From NCBI RefSeq assembly GCF_009914755.1, contig NC_060925.1: a stretch of 64,000 nucleotides of DNA; one strand, 5' to 3'. How positions within the stretch are numbered: the first letter of the stretch is position 1; each line of letters starts with the position of its first letter. A model generated the notes under the pieces. That model saw nothing but the letters and a program-made list of their open reading frames with translations, had not been told where the DNA came from and did not search any database. The translations under genes and the position numbers were made by a program. This document shows positions 36,647-49,589 of this stretch, one piece after another. The DNA comes from the human T2T-CHM13v2.0 reference genome, Homo sapiens.

Positions 36647-37640
36647 CGTTGCGGGAAGTCAGGGACCCCGAACGGAGGGAGCGGCTGGAGCTGCGGCCGA
36701 GGCACGTAAATTGTGAGGATTTCATTTCAATACGGACATTCATCAGTTCCCAAATAATGCTTTTATAATTTCTTACGCCTGTCTTTACTTTAATCTCTTA
36801 ATCCTGTTATCTTCGTAAGCTGAGGATGTACGTCACCTCAGGACCGCTGTGACAATTGTGTTGACTCTACAAATTGATGGTAAAACGTGTGTGTTTGAAC
36901 AGCATGAAATCAGGGCACTTTGAAAAAGAATAGAATAACAGCGACTTTTAGGGAACAGGGGAAGACAACGGTAAGGTCTGACTGCCTGCGAGGTCGGGCA
37001 GAAAGAGCCATATTTTTCTTCTTGCAGAGAGCCTATGAAGGACGTGCAGGTAGGGAAGATGTGGCTAAGACAACCTAAGTGTCCATCGGCCGGGAAATGG
37101 ATTAACAAAAATGTGGCATATAGACACCATGGAATACTCTTTGGCCATAGAAAAGAACGAAATCCTCTGGTCTGCAGCAACAGAGGCGGAGCTAAAGGTC
37201 ACGATGGAACATCAAACGAGCCGGGCACAGAAAGACAGAGAGGGCAGGTTCTTACTCCAATCCTGGGAGCTCAAAATGTTCACCTTGTGGAGGTAGAGAG
37301 TAGAACGATAGACACCAGAGGCTGGAGAGGGTGTGTGGGTGACTGCGGTGAAGAGAGGTTGGTGAAATGGGTCCGAGCATGCGTTTGGATGGAGGGAATA
37401 CGTTCCAATAATGTTCTACGGCGGAGTAGGGCGACTAGGGGTAACAACAATGTATTAGTGCTTGTTTCCGAAGAGCTCCTGGAAGACAGCACCTGAGATG
37501 CTCCCAACAGGTAGAGATGACAGATACCCACGGGATGGATGCCCTACATCCCCTCAGTTGACCATCGATCACTACGCGATGTACACGCGTTACCACACGT
37601 CACAGGAATCCCATGGATATCATGTCCGCATGAAGAAAAA
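36647..37640 (+). mobile_element. MER11 5' fragment + L1M 3' fragment
   Basis: Copy of 7182-8175. Confidence 0.85.
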
Positions 37641-38273
37641 CATAGTCATGCTGCCAGGGTGATTGTCGCAGCTCTGCCTCCCTAGCGCTATGGCCCGTGG
37701 TCTCGGCTCCTCAAGTTCCGCTGCCATTACTACCAAAGCCGCTGACACCCGTGGAGCCCAATCACGGATCCCACGCCTTGGGAAAGCCAGTGCGCTTGCT
37801 GGCATGAGTGGCTCTGGCGGGTGGCCCAACCATTAGGCGCAGATCCCCCGCAGCCGAGAGAGAAGTGGCCCGTCAGCCACTCGGCTTGGCTTGGCAGAAG
37901 CCGCTCCGCTCGAGAGTCCTGGCCCATCCCGTGGCCAGCCGAGAGTGCGAGGGTGGCGGTGGTGGTGGTGGCGGGTCACCTGGCGGCCATGGGAGGAGAA
38001 AGCCTGACCTGGCCAGTGGGCTTTGCCGCTGACAAAGAGTGGGAGCGAGGCGAGCACCTGACAAGGAAGGGCTGTGAAGCTGATGTTGCGAAGGTGGCGC
38101 CAGCGAGGCCAAAAGGAGGGATGGGTGGAGGTAGGCGGGGAGCGTTGGGGCGGCGCACGTGGAAGCCGAGGGAGGTTGTGGCTGGGGCGCGGGAGAAGCG
38201 AGCCAGCCTGTTGGTCAAAAGGGGAGGTGTGAAGGGGCCTGGCAGTTGGCAGGCAGAGCCAACGAAGGAAGGC

Positions 38274-38345
38274 TTCCCTGACCGGGAATCGAACCCGGGC
38301 CGCGGCGGTGAGAGCGCCGAATCCTAACCACTAGACCACCAGGGA
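38274..38345 (-). tRNA. TRE-CTC1: tRNA-Glu(CTC), unit 6
   Basis: Identical to unit 1. Confidence 0.97.
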
Positions 38346-38631
38346 GAGGCGGCTTCAGGGCCCGGCTTGCGCCTCCTGGCCCCAGCGCCTCTGGCCCCAG
38401 CACTGGGCGCTACCTTGGCGCCTGTCCCCTGCTTCGCTTTAAAACAAACACCCGCAACCAGCCCCCGCGACGCCGGCGGCAACCGGCCTGCCCTCACGAG
38501 CAGCTCTGGCCCTGTTCGCAGCACACCCTCCAAACACCGCGCGCGTCCTTCCCCGGCGCACAGGCACGCAGCCACAGGCCAAGCTGCGACGCGAGCTCCG
38601 CGACGGGGACCTCCGCAAAAGGTCCGCCCGC

Positions 38632-38703
38632 TGCGTTGGCCGGGAATCGAACCCGGGTCAACTGCTTGGAAGGCAGCTATGCTCACCACTATACCACCAA
38701 CGC
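38632..38703 (-). tRNA. TRG-TCC2: tRNA-Gly(TCC), unit 6
   Basis: Identical to unit 1. Confidence 0.97.
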
Positions 38704-39289
38704 CGCACGGCGCGGGCAGCCCCGCCGCGCCGGCCCGGGGCTCCCACCAGCGCGCCGCCGACGCCCGGGGCAGGCCGGCCCCGACGCCCGGTCCGTCCGC
38801 CCGCCCGCAGCTCCGCGCTGCCGCGGCCCCGCCAAAGGCCGCCCCGCGCCCCACCGGGGCAAGGCCAGCGCGGCTGCCCCGTTCCGCCCGCCTGCCTCTG
38901 GGGGCGCTCTCGCTCCCTCGCCGCCCGGGGCCGCCAGAGCCCTTCCCCACCAGGTGCCCGGCGGGGACACGGCCGGCGCCGACGGGGTCCCCACTCCTCC
39001 GCCTCCCACCGGGCGCCGGGCCCTGTGCCTCGCAGAAAGCCTCTTCCGACACCCACTTTGGGCCGGCAGCTCTCTGGGCGCCGTGGGGGCCAGAGGAGGC
39101 CGCCCGGCTGCGGGCGACCAAGCCGCGGGCGAGAAGAAAAGGTAGGAGGCCAAGGGGGCCCAGGAGGCCCAGGGGGCCAAGGGGCCAGGCCCGAGATGGC
39201 GCCCTGCGACTAGCGGGAGGGCGGAGGAAGGAGAGAGAAGGAGGGCCCACAGGCTGGGTCCGAGGCGGCGGCCCAAAAAGCACGGCTGC

Positions 39290-39361
39290 CTCCCCGTCGG
39301 GGAATCGAACCCCGGTCTCCCGCGTGACAGGCGGGGATACTCACCACTATACTAACGAGGA
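39290..39361 (-). tRNA. TRD-GTC2: tRNA-Asp(GTC), unit 6
   Basis: Identical to unit 1. Confidence 0.97.
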
Positions 39362-39997
39362 CGACGGCGACGGTCGCCGGGACGCCAGACCCCACTCCGA
39401 CCGCGGACGCCTAGCCCTGCCTTGATCCCCTCCCCCGACGGCAGGGGCCGGGCGCGTGCTCGCCTTCCACCCGCCGCCCGCCGCCCGCCACCCGCCACAC
39501 GCCACCCGTCACCTGCCACCCGCCCCCCGCCACCGTTGGCACGACCTACCCCGACACCCAACAAAGCACCCTGCGATCCCGCTGGGACCCGGAGCCGGAG
39601 CCGGACCCCGACAGGTACCGGAGCGGCGTGGAACCTCCCCGCGCGCCCTGCCTGCTGTCTCCAACGCGGGGATCGCGCCGGGGCAGGAGGAGGCGCGGGC
39701 GAAACAGTCAGGCCGCTGCTCCTAGGACGCGGTGGGCGCACGCCCTGCGGGGTTCGGCGAGCGGAGGCGCGGGGGCTGGGGCGTGCGCCGGCGGCGGCCG
39801 GCCCGACGCGGACCCTTTGGGTCCGGGGTGGGGACGCGGGGGCGTCCACGCCAACGCCAGCCGTCTCCGTTCACTTGGCGCCCGCTCCGCCCGCGCGGTC
39901 CGTCGGTTGCGCACCGAACCCAGACAGGCGCCGGCCAAGGGCGCAGGCGTTCGCGCCGGGTCCCAGCCATGCCAGCGGCGACGCGCCCCGGCGCGCC

Positions 39998-40080
39998 GTC
40001 AGGATGGCCGAGCGGTCTAAGGCGCTGCGTTCAGGTCGCAGTCTCCCCTGGAGGCGTGGGTTCGAATCCCACTCCTGACA
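39998..40080 (+). tRNA. TRL-CAG1: tRNA-Leu(CAG), unit 6
   Basis: Identical to unit 1. Confidence 0.97.
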
Positions 40081-41723
40081 AGCCGACCTTTTGGCCCGCC
40101 CGCCGGAGGGCAACGCCCATGGCAACCCTGGAGCACCTTTGGCCGCTTCCTGCCTTGAGCCCTTGCCCGCTCTCCAGACTCCAGCCCCCTTGAAGCAAGC
40201 CTCCAAAACGCCGCCGCTTCTCAGGCACGTCCGTTCTTCCTGCCCACCCGCCGGCTGTCGCAGAAACAGCCCAGGACCATGCGCCAGCGCCCGCGACCCT
40301 CTACCAATTGCCCTTCGGACAGACGCCCTCCCCACCACCTCACACGCCCTCTTCCCTGGCCCCACACACAGCGAGCGACCGCGACCACCTTCCACGCTCT
40401 TCCCTGCCTATCTCCTCCGCCCGCCTTCTCCTCACTCGCCCAAACAGACACAGCCCAGATTCTTCCCCTATTCCTCCTTTTCCCTCCTTCCTCCCACCGG
40501 CCTGCGCCCACCGCCCACCGCCTTGAATCGCCGCTGCGCTGCCCAGAGGCGTCCTGGCCTGAACAGCCCGCCCGGTTTCACCCTCCAACTTCTGACCGCT
40601 GAGCAGCAGCGAGCGACTCGCTCGTGGAGCCGCACACACGTCTCCCACCAGAGGCACGCCATCCAACATCCTGTCCTTTCCTCCGACCCCTCGGACCCCG
40701 GCCGCGCATTCCATTCTGCCGACACCCTAGCCAGGTCGCCGATCCCACCTCGCTACCTGTGCTCCCTTCCCGCTAACACCTGCCTGCCGGCCCACCTGCA
40801 GCCCGGACGCCTGCCGGCCAGAGGCAGCGGGAACCCTGCACACAGCCTGGCAGGCGAGTCCAAACCCGGAAAGACAGCCCAAGAGGAATCACGAGCGGAA
40901 GCCCTAGATCCCCGTCACCCGCCCACAAACGCCTGGCCCCGCCGGGACCAGCTCTGCGCCACAGCGCATCCCCACGCGGGAAGCCGCGGCCTGGGCCGTC
41001 CCAGCCACACCCAGCGCGCCTTCTCCAGGGTCAGCCAGCTGCGGCTCTGCCGAAGCGCTCCTCCGCTCCTTTCTCGCGCTCCAGCCTCCCTACCAGCCCA
41101 GGGGGCCGGACCCCAAGTGCGAGCCGGTGGCGTGGGTCAGAGCGCAGGAGCGAGGCGCCCACGGACCTGGTCTGCGTTTCTGAGCCGCACGCCACGGCTG
41201 CGAGACCCGTTCCCCATCGCCGCCCCCGCTCGCTGACACACCCATCCCGCCTCTCACCTGCTGGTGACACAAGTGAGAAGGCTGGCCCCACGGTGGTGAA
41301 AAAAAAAACACCTCACGAAAGAAAGAAAGACAGAAAGAAACAACAAAAACAAAACACAAAAACTCTGGGTCTGTGCCGGGGATCCGCGCTCAGCAAGGCC
41401 CGCCACAGCAAATCTGCCCACACGGGCATTCGGGCGCGGGCCACGGCCGGTCCTTCCCCTGGAGACCCCGGCGGGCAGTCTCTCGACCCTGGGCGGCAGA
41501 GAAAGCGCAAGATGGGACGAGTCGGCCTCTCTCCCTCCGCTCTCCCTCCGCGCCCCGCCTCAGGTCCCTCGACGTGACGAGAGCCTCCCCTTCTGCTCGC
41601 CCCATCGGGCCAGCCTCTCGTGGACGCTGCAATAGGACGGAGGCCCACGGCAGGCGGTGACCAGTGAACGGCGGCTGGTGGCGAGTTCCGCTGTGCCAGC
41701 TTCCGTTGGCGTTTGCCATCGGT

Positions 41724-41794
41724 GCATGGGTGGTTCAGTGGTAGAATTCTCGCCTGCCACGCGGGAGGCCCGGGTTCGATTCCCGGCCCATGCA
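41724..41794 (+). tRNA. TRG-GCC1: tRNA-Gly(GCC), unit 6
   Basis: Identical to unit 1. Confidence 0.97.
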
Positions 41795-42168
41795 GCACGC
41801 CCTCCCATTTTGGTGCTGCAGCAGCACCAAGGCGTAGCTGCGCTCGCCTCTGCCGCCTCCTTACACTCGGGGCGCGCGAGCGAGTCCGGCACCGGCTGCG
41901 CTCCCACGCGCGACGGCCCTCTGCCCTTTCTTCCGTGCCTCTCTCGACTGACTTAGGGATGAGCCTACCCCACGCACCCACACACCTTGGTGACAACAAC
42001 CCCTCCAGACACGAGAGCGCGCCAGACACCAGAACTTGGCAGCCTCCTGGTCCTGTTTCTCTTCATTGCCCTGCCACCGCCTCTGCCCGACGCATTTCAC
42101 TTCACGGAACACCGCCAGGCACCACGGGCTTGCAGCCACTCGCACCACCCCTTCTCTTCACATTTCAC

Positions 42169-42216
<48 letters not shown>

Positions 42217-44006
42217 CCCCCCCCCCCTCGCTGGCTCCCCACATCCAGAAAATGATGCCATGGTTGCCCTTCCAGTAGGAAGGAAGTCGCGACTCCAGGG
42301 AGTAACTCATCACTTTCCCCTAGTTGGTCACACAGTCCTTAACGCGACCACACGAGTGTACGCGTGGCATGTGCACCGTCTATATTCACCGTGTTCCGGC
42401 TACTCCACACTCTCTCCCCTCATTCTGCCGGCACCACCACCGCCATGTCGCAACTCCCAAACTAACCCCAATCCACCACTTTAGTCGAGGATGCTGCCTT
42501 GTTTCTCCCCCTCGGACCTCTTTTCATCTCAGCCCCAGACACATGCCTGAGACGTGAATGTGCGTCCTGAAGACGGCTTATTTATGTCTCGGGTCCAGTT
42601 GCATTCCCTACCCTTTTGGGACGTGGGACGTGGCCTCCAGTCGCTCTGTCACGATGTCTCTCCCACCCTGGGCTGCTTGCCACCTCACCCCAGCCCCACT
42701 CCATACTCTGACCGCTCAGCCCAAGCAGCATCCCAGTCTCGCCGGCGCGGGTCCCCTTTGACCACACAGACTTCGTTCCTGCCCAGACCAACCGGCTGAA
42801 AATGTACTGTTCCCACCAGCCTTCAGGCTCAGCCCTCCCTCCCCCACCTTTGTCTCACGCCACCCACCCCTTCACTCACACACACACTCTGACGCGCACA
42901 CACACACACACACACTCACACTCTCACTCTCTCTCTCACTCTCTGTCTTTCTCTGTCTCTCTCTCTCTCTCTGTCTCTATGTCTCTATCTCTCTGTCTCT
43001 GTCTCACACAGCCAACTCTCCGTCTCGCCGTCAATGCCCCTCTCTCAGACGACTCATATCCCCCAGCCCTGGCCTCCTTCAGCCTCTTCAGACTCACGCC
43101 AGCTCCGCCACCAGCTGGGATCCCTCCGACCTATGGCATAGGCAGCCCGCGAGGTGCCCTAACGCCCCAGGCATCTGCACAACCTCCGTTTGACTGCACA
43201 GCCTCACTCCCAGACCTGGCCAGCCAGCCCTGTGCACCCCCTGGACACCCTGGACTCCTTCTTCCAGCTCCCAGCACGCGACATGCTTCTCTCCTTTCCT
43301 TGGTGTCAGCCCCTTGCCCCGGGCTAGGGTGGACGCCAGCCACGGGATCGGACACCTTCTTCCGTCGCTGTCACCCACTGACATCCACCCACAACACGCT
43401 GGCAAGCAAGCCAGCCTCCCGTGGGGATGGCAAACATCTCTATCCCCGATAGGGTCTGGTCCCTGCAGGTGATCCGACTGTGCCAAGATCCCACGAATGA
43501 CACGGGACAGGTTTGTGCAGTTGGTTGGACGTCTACTTTGCCCCTACAGAGGGGTTTTGGCAAGAAGTCGACTGACTTCTGCCATTGACCTGGGGAATCA
43601 GCCAAACAATAAGATCAGTACGGGTTGAATAGAGGTTGGAGAACTGGGCTCATCTGTGCTAAGGAGGGGATGGGAAAAAAGTCCCACAGCGAATCTTGGC
43701 GCTGGGGATAGGTACCATCTCCACATGTTCCTTGACATTTGGAGAGACGATAGAGAGCGTAGGTCAGGCAATGGGAAGCAAACTTCGGCTAGAAGTCTGT
43801 CAGGAACCCCAACCCCGCACATGCGCTTTGGTCAGCCTGGCCGTTGGGTTTTCCCCACGAACTGCTGCATCTCCACGCTTCAATGCCCGTGGCCAGGTTG
43901 GTCTGACTAACGGGACCTCTCAAGATTCATTTTCACATCCAGAATAGGCGAGAATCTCAAACCTGTCGACGGTGAGCGGGAGCATGTGTACGCACATGCA
44001 CGTGTA

Positions 44007-45000
44007 CGTTGCGGGAAGTCAGGGACCCCGAACGGAGGGAGCGGCTGGAGCTGCGGCCGAGGCACGTAAATTGTGAGGATTTCATTTCAATACGGACATT
44101 CATCAGTTCCCAAATAATGCTTTTATAATTTCTTACGCCTGTCTTTACTTTAATCTCTTAATCCTGTTATCTTCGTAAGCTGAGGATGTACGTCACCTCA
44201 GGACCGCTGTGACAATTGTGTTGACTCTACAAATTGATGGTAAAACGTGTGTGTTTGAACAGCATGAAATCAGGGCACTTTGAAAAAGAATAGAATAACA
44301 GCGACTTTTAGGGAACAGGGGAAGACAACGGTAAGGTCTGACTGCCTGCGAGGTCGGGCAGAAAGAGCCATATTTTTCTTCTTGCAGAGAGCCTATGAAG
44401 GACGTGCAGGTAGGGAAGATGTGGCTAAGACAACCTAAGTGTCCATCGGCCGGGAAATGGATTAACAAAAATGTGGCATATAGACACCATGGAATACTCT
44501 TTGGCCATAGAAAAGAACGAAATCCTCTGGTCTGCAGCAACAGAGGCGGAGCTAAAGGTCACGATGGAACATCAAACGAGCCGGGCACAGAAAGACAGAG
44601 AGGGCAGGTTCTTACTCCAATCCTGGGAGCTCAAAATGTTCACCTTGTGGAGGTAGAGAGTAGAACGATAGACACCAGAGGCTGGAGAGGGTGTGTGGGT
44701 GACTGCGGTGAAGAGAGGTTGGTGAAATGGGTCCGAGCATGCGTTTGGATGGAGGGAATACGTTCCAATAATGTTCTACGGCGGAGTAGGGCGACTAGGG
44801 GTAACAACAATGTATTAGTGCTTGTTTCCGAAGAGCTCCTGGAAGACAGCACCTGAGATGCTCCCAACAGGTAGAGATGACAGATACCCACGGGATGGAT
44901 GCCCTACATCCCCTCAGTTGACCATCGATCACTACGCGATGTACACGCGTTACCACACGTCACAGGAATCCCATGGATATCATGTCCGCATGAAGAAAAA
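44007..45000 (+). mobile_element. MER11 5' fragment + L1M 3' fragment
   Basis: Copy of 7182-8175. Confidence 0.85.
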
Positions 45001-45633
45001 CATAGTCATGCTGCCAGGGTGATTGTCGCAGCTCTGCCTCCCTAGCGCTATGGCCCGTGGTCTCGGCTCCTCAAGTTCCGCTGCCATTACTACCAAAGCC
45101 GCTGACACCCGTGGAGCCCAATCACGGATCCCACGCCTTGGGAAAGCCAGTGCGCTTGCTGGCATGAGTGGCTCTGGCGGGTGGCCCAACCATTAGGCGC
45201 AGATCCCCCGCAGCCGAGAGAGAAGTGGCCCGTCAGCCACTCGGCTTGGCTTGGCAGAAGCCGCTCCGCTCGAGAGTCCTGGCCCATCCCGTGGCCAGCC
45301 GAGAGTGCGAGGGTGGCGGTGGTGGTGGTGGCGGGTCACCTGGCGGCCATGGGAGGAGAAAGCCTGACCTGGCCAGTGGGCTTTGCCGCTGACAAAGAGT
45401 GGGAGCGAGGCGAGCACCTGACAAGGAAGGGCTGTGAAGCTGATGTTGCGAAGGTGGCGCCAGCGAGGCCAAAAGGAGGGATGGGTGGAGGTAGGCGGGG
45501 AGCGTTGGGGCGGCGCACGTGGAAGCCGAGGGAGGTTGTGGCTGGGGCGCGGGAGAAGCGAGCCAGCCTGTTGGTCAAAAGGGGAGGTGTGAAGGGGCCT
45601 GGCAGTTGGCAGGCAGAGCCAACGAAGGAAGGC

Positions 45634-45705
45634 TTCCCTGACCGGGAATCGAACCCGAGCCGCGGCGGTGAGAGCGCCGAATCCTAACCACTAGACCACC
45701 AGGGA
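45634..45705 (-). tRNA. tRNA-Glu(CTC), unit 7, variant C49U (Sprinzl)
   Basis: Plus strand GAACCCGAGC versus GAACCCGGGC; G>A at 45658. Confidence 0.93.
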
Positions 45706-45991
45706 GAGGCGGCTTCAGGGCCCGGCTTGCGCCTCCTGGCCCCAGCGCCTCTGGCCCCAGCACTGGGCGCTACCTTGGCGCCTGTCCCCTGCTTCGCTTT
45801 AAAACAAACACCCGCAACCAGCCCCCGCGACGCCGGCGGCAACCGGCCTGCCCTCACGAGCAGCTCTGGCCCTGTTCGCAGCACACCCTCCAAACACCGC
45901 GCGCGTCCTTCCCCGGCGCACAGGCACGCAGCCACAGGCCAAGCTGCGACGCGAGCTCCGCGACGGGGACCTCCGCAAAAGGTCCGCCCGC

Positions 45992-46063
45992 TGCGTTGGC
46001 CGGGAATCGAACCCGGGTCAACTGCTTGGAAGGCAGCTATGCTCACCACTATACCACCAACGC
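45992..46063 (-). tRNA. TRG-TCC2: tRNA-Gly(TCC), unit 7
   Basis: Identical to unit 1. Confidence 0.97.
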
Positions 46064-46649
46064 CGCACGGCGCGGGCAGCCCCGCCGCGCCGGCCCGGGG
46101 CTCCCACCAGCGCGCCGCCGACGCCCGGGGCAGGCCGGCCCCGACGCCCGGTCCGTCCGCCCGCCCGCAGCTCCGCGCTGCCGCGGCCCCGCCAAAGGCC
46201 GCCCCGCGCCCCACCGGGGCAAGGCCAGCGCGGCTGCCCCGTTCCGCCCGCCTGCCTCTGGGGGCGCTCTCGCTCCCTCGCCGCCCGGGGCCGCCAGAGC
46301 CCTTCCCCACCAGGTGCCCGGCGGGGACACGGCCGGCGCCGACGGGGTCCCCACTCCTCCGCCTCCCACCGGGCGCCGGGCCCTGTGCCTCGCAGAAAGC
46401 CTCTTCCGACACCCACTTTGGGCCGGCAGCTCTCTGGGCGCCGTGGGGGCCAGAGGAGGCCGCCCGGCTGCGGGCGACCAAGCCGCGGGCGAGAAGAAAA
46501 GGTAGGAGGCCAAGGGGGCCCAGGAGGCCCAGGGGGCCAAGGGGCCAGGCCCGAGATGGCGCCCTGCGACTAGCGGGAGGGCGGAGGAAGGAGAGAGAAG
46601 GAGGGCCCACAGGCTGGGTCCGAGGCGGCGGCCCAAAAAGCACGGCTGC

Positions 46650-46721
46650 CTCCCCGTCGGGGAATCGAACCCCGGTCTCCCGCGTGACAGGCGGGGATAC
46701 TCACCACTATACTAACGAGGA
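46650..46721 (-). tRNA. TRD-GTC2: tRNA-Asp(GTC), unit 7
   Basis: Identical to unit 1. Confidence 0.97.
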
Positions 46722-47357
46722 CGACGGCGACGGTCGCCGGGACGCCAGACCCCACTCCGACCGCGGACGCCTAGCCCTGCCTTGATCCCCTCCCCCGACG
46801 GCAGGGGCCGGGCGCGTGCTCGCCTTCCACCCGCCGCCCGCCGCCCGCCACCCGCCACACGCCACCCGTCACCTGCCACCCGCCCCCCGCCACCGTTGGC
46901 ACGACCTACCCCGACACCCAACAAAGCACCCTGCGATCCCGCTGGGACCCGGAGCCGGAGCCGGACCCCGACAGGTACCGGAGCGGCGTGGAACCTCCCC
47001 GCGCGCCCTGCCTGCTGTCTCCAACGCGGGGATCGCGCCGGGGCAGGAGGAGGCGCGGGCGAAACAGTCAGGCCGCTGCTCCTAGGACGCGGTGGGCGCA
47101 CGCCCTGCGGGGTTCGGCGAGCGGAGGCGCGGGGGCTGGGGCGTGCGCCGGCGGCGGCCGGCCCGACGCGGACCCTTTGGGTCCGGGGTGGGGACGCGGG
47201 GGCGTCCACGCCAACGCCAGCCGTCTCCGTTCACTTGGCGCCCGCTCCGCCCGCGCGGTCCGTCGGTTGCGCACCGAACCCAGACAGGCGCCGGCCAAGG
47301 GCGCAGGCGTTCGCGCCGGGTCCCAGCCATGCCAGCGGCGACGCGCCCCGGCGCGCC

Positions 47358-47440
47358 GTCAGGATGGCCGAGCGGTCTAAGGCGCTGCGTTCAGGTCGCA
47401 GTCTCCCCTGGAGGCGTGGGTTCGAATCCCACTCCTGACA
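47358..47440 (+). tRNA. TRL-CAG1: tRNA-Leu(CAG), unit 7
   Basis: Identical to unit 1. Confidence 0.97.
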
Positions 47441-49083
47441 AGCCGACCTTTTGGCCCGCCCGCCGGAGGGCAACGCCCATGGCAACCCTGGAGCACCTTT
47501 GGCCGCTTCCTGCCTTGAGCCCTTGCCCGCTCTCCAGACTCCAGCCCCCTTGAAGCAAGCCTCCAAAACGCCGCCGCTTCTCAGGCACGTCCGTTCTTCC
47601 TGCCCACCCGCCGGCTGTCGCAGAAACAGCCCAGGACCATGCGCCAGCGCCCGCGACCCTCTACCAATTGCCCTTCGGACAGACGCCCTCCCCACCATCT
47701 CACACGCCCTCTTCCCTGGCCCCACACACAGCGAGCGACCGCGACCACCTTCCACGCTCTTCCCTGCCTATCTCCTCCGCCCGCCTTCTCCTCACTCGCC
47801 CAAACAGACACAGCCCAGATTCTTCCCCTATTCCTCCTTTTCCCTCCTTCCTCCCACCGGCCTGCGCCCACCGCCCACCGCCTTGAATCGCCGCTGCGCT
47901 GCCCAGAGGCGTCCTGGCCTGAACAGCCCGCCCGGTTTCACCCTCCAACTTCTGACCGCTGAGCAGCAGCGAGCGACTCGCTCGTGGAGCCGCACACACG
48001 TCTCCCACCAGAGGCACGCCATCCAACATCCTGTCCTTTCCTCCGACCCCTCGGACCCCGGCCGCGCATTCCATTCTGCCGACACCCTAGCCAGGTCGCC
48101 GATCCCACCTCGCTACCTGTGCTCCCTTCCCGCTAACACCTGCCTGCCGGCCCACCTGCAGCCCGGACGCCTGCCGGCCAGAGGCAGCGGGAACCCTGCA
48201 CACAGCCTGGCAGGCGAGTCCAAACCCGGAAAGACAGCCCAAGAGGAATCACGAGCGGAAGCCCTAGATCCCCGTCACCCGCCCACAAACGCCTGGCCCC
48301 GCCGGGACCAGCTCTGCGCCACAGCGCATCCCCACGCGGGAAGCCGCGGCCTGGGCCGTCCCAGCCACACCCAGCGCGCCTTCTCCAGGGTCAGCCAGCT
48401 GCGGCTCTGCCGAAGCGCTCCTCCGCTCCTTTCTCGCGCTCCAGCCTCCCTACCAGCCCAGGGGGCCGGACCCCAAGTGCGAGCCGGTGGCGTGGGTCAG
48501 AGCGCAGGAGCGAGGCGCCCACGGACCTGGTCTGCGTTTCTGAGCCGCACGCCACGGCTGCGAGACCCGTTCCCCATCGCCGCCCCCGCTCGCTGACACA
48601 CCCATCCCGCCTCTCACCTGCTGGTGACACAAGTGAGAAGGCTGGCCCCACGGTGGTGAAAAAAAAAACACCTCACGAAAGAAAGAAAGACAGAAAGAAA
48701 CAACAAAAACAAAACACAAAAACTCTGGGTCTGTGCCGGGGATCCGCGCTCAGCAAGGCCCGCCACAGCAAATCTGCCCACACGGGCATTCGGGCGCGGG
48801 CCACGGCCGGTCCTTCCCCTGGAGACCCCGGCGGGCAGTCTCTCGACCCTGGGCGGCAGAGAAAGCGCAAGATGGGACGAGTCGGCCTCTCTCCCTCCGC
48901 TCTCCCTCCGCGCCCCGCCTCAGGTCCCTCGACGTGACGAGAGCCTCCCCTTCTGCTCGCCCCATCGGGCCAGCCTCTCGTGGACGCTGCAATAGGACGG
49001 AGGCCCACGGCAGGCGGTGACCAGTGAACGGCGGCTGGTGGCGAGTTCCGCTGTGCCAGCTTCCGTTGGCGTTTGTCATCGGT

Positions 49084-49154
49084 GCATGGGTGGTTCAGTG
49101 GTAGAATTCTCGCCTGCCACGCGGGAGGCCCGGGTTCGATTCCCGGCCCATGCA
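49084..49154 (+). tRNA. TRG-GCC1: tRNA-Gly(GCC), unit 7
   Basis: Identical to unit 1; flank C>T at -8. Confidence 0.97.
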
Positions 49155-49535
49155 GCACGCCCTCCCATTTTGGTGCTGCAGCAGCACCAAGGCGTAGCTG
49201 CGCTCGCCTCTGCCGCCTCCTTACACTCGGGGCGCGCGAGCGAGTCCGGCACCGGCTGCGCTCCCACGCGCGACGGCCCTCTGCCCTTTCTTCCGTGCCT
49301 CTCTCGACTGACTTAGGGATGAGCCTACCCCACGCACCCACACACCTTGGTGACAACAACCCCTCCAGACACGAGAGCGCGCCAGACACCAGAACTTGGC
49401 AGCCTCCTGGTCCTGTTTCTCTTCATTGCCCTGCCACCGCCTCTGCCCGACGCATTTCACTTCACGGAACACCGCCAGGCACCACGGGCTTGCAGCCACT
49501 CGCACCACCCCTTCTCTTCACATTTCACCGCCTCG

Positions 49536-49589
<54 letters not shown>

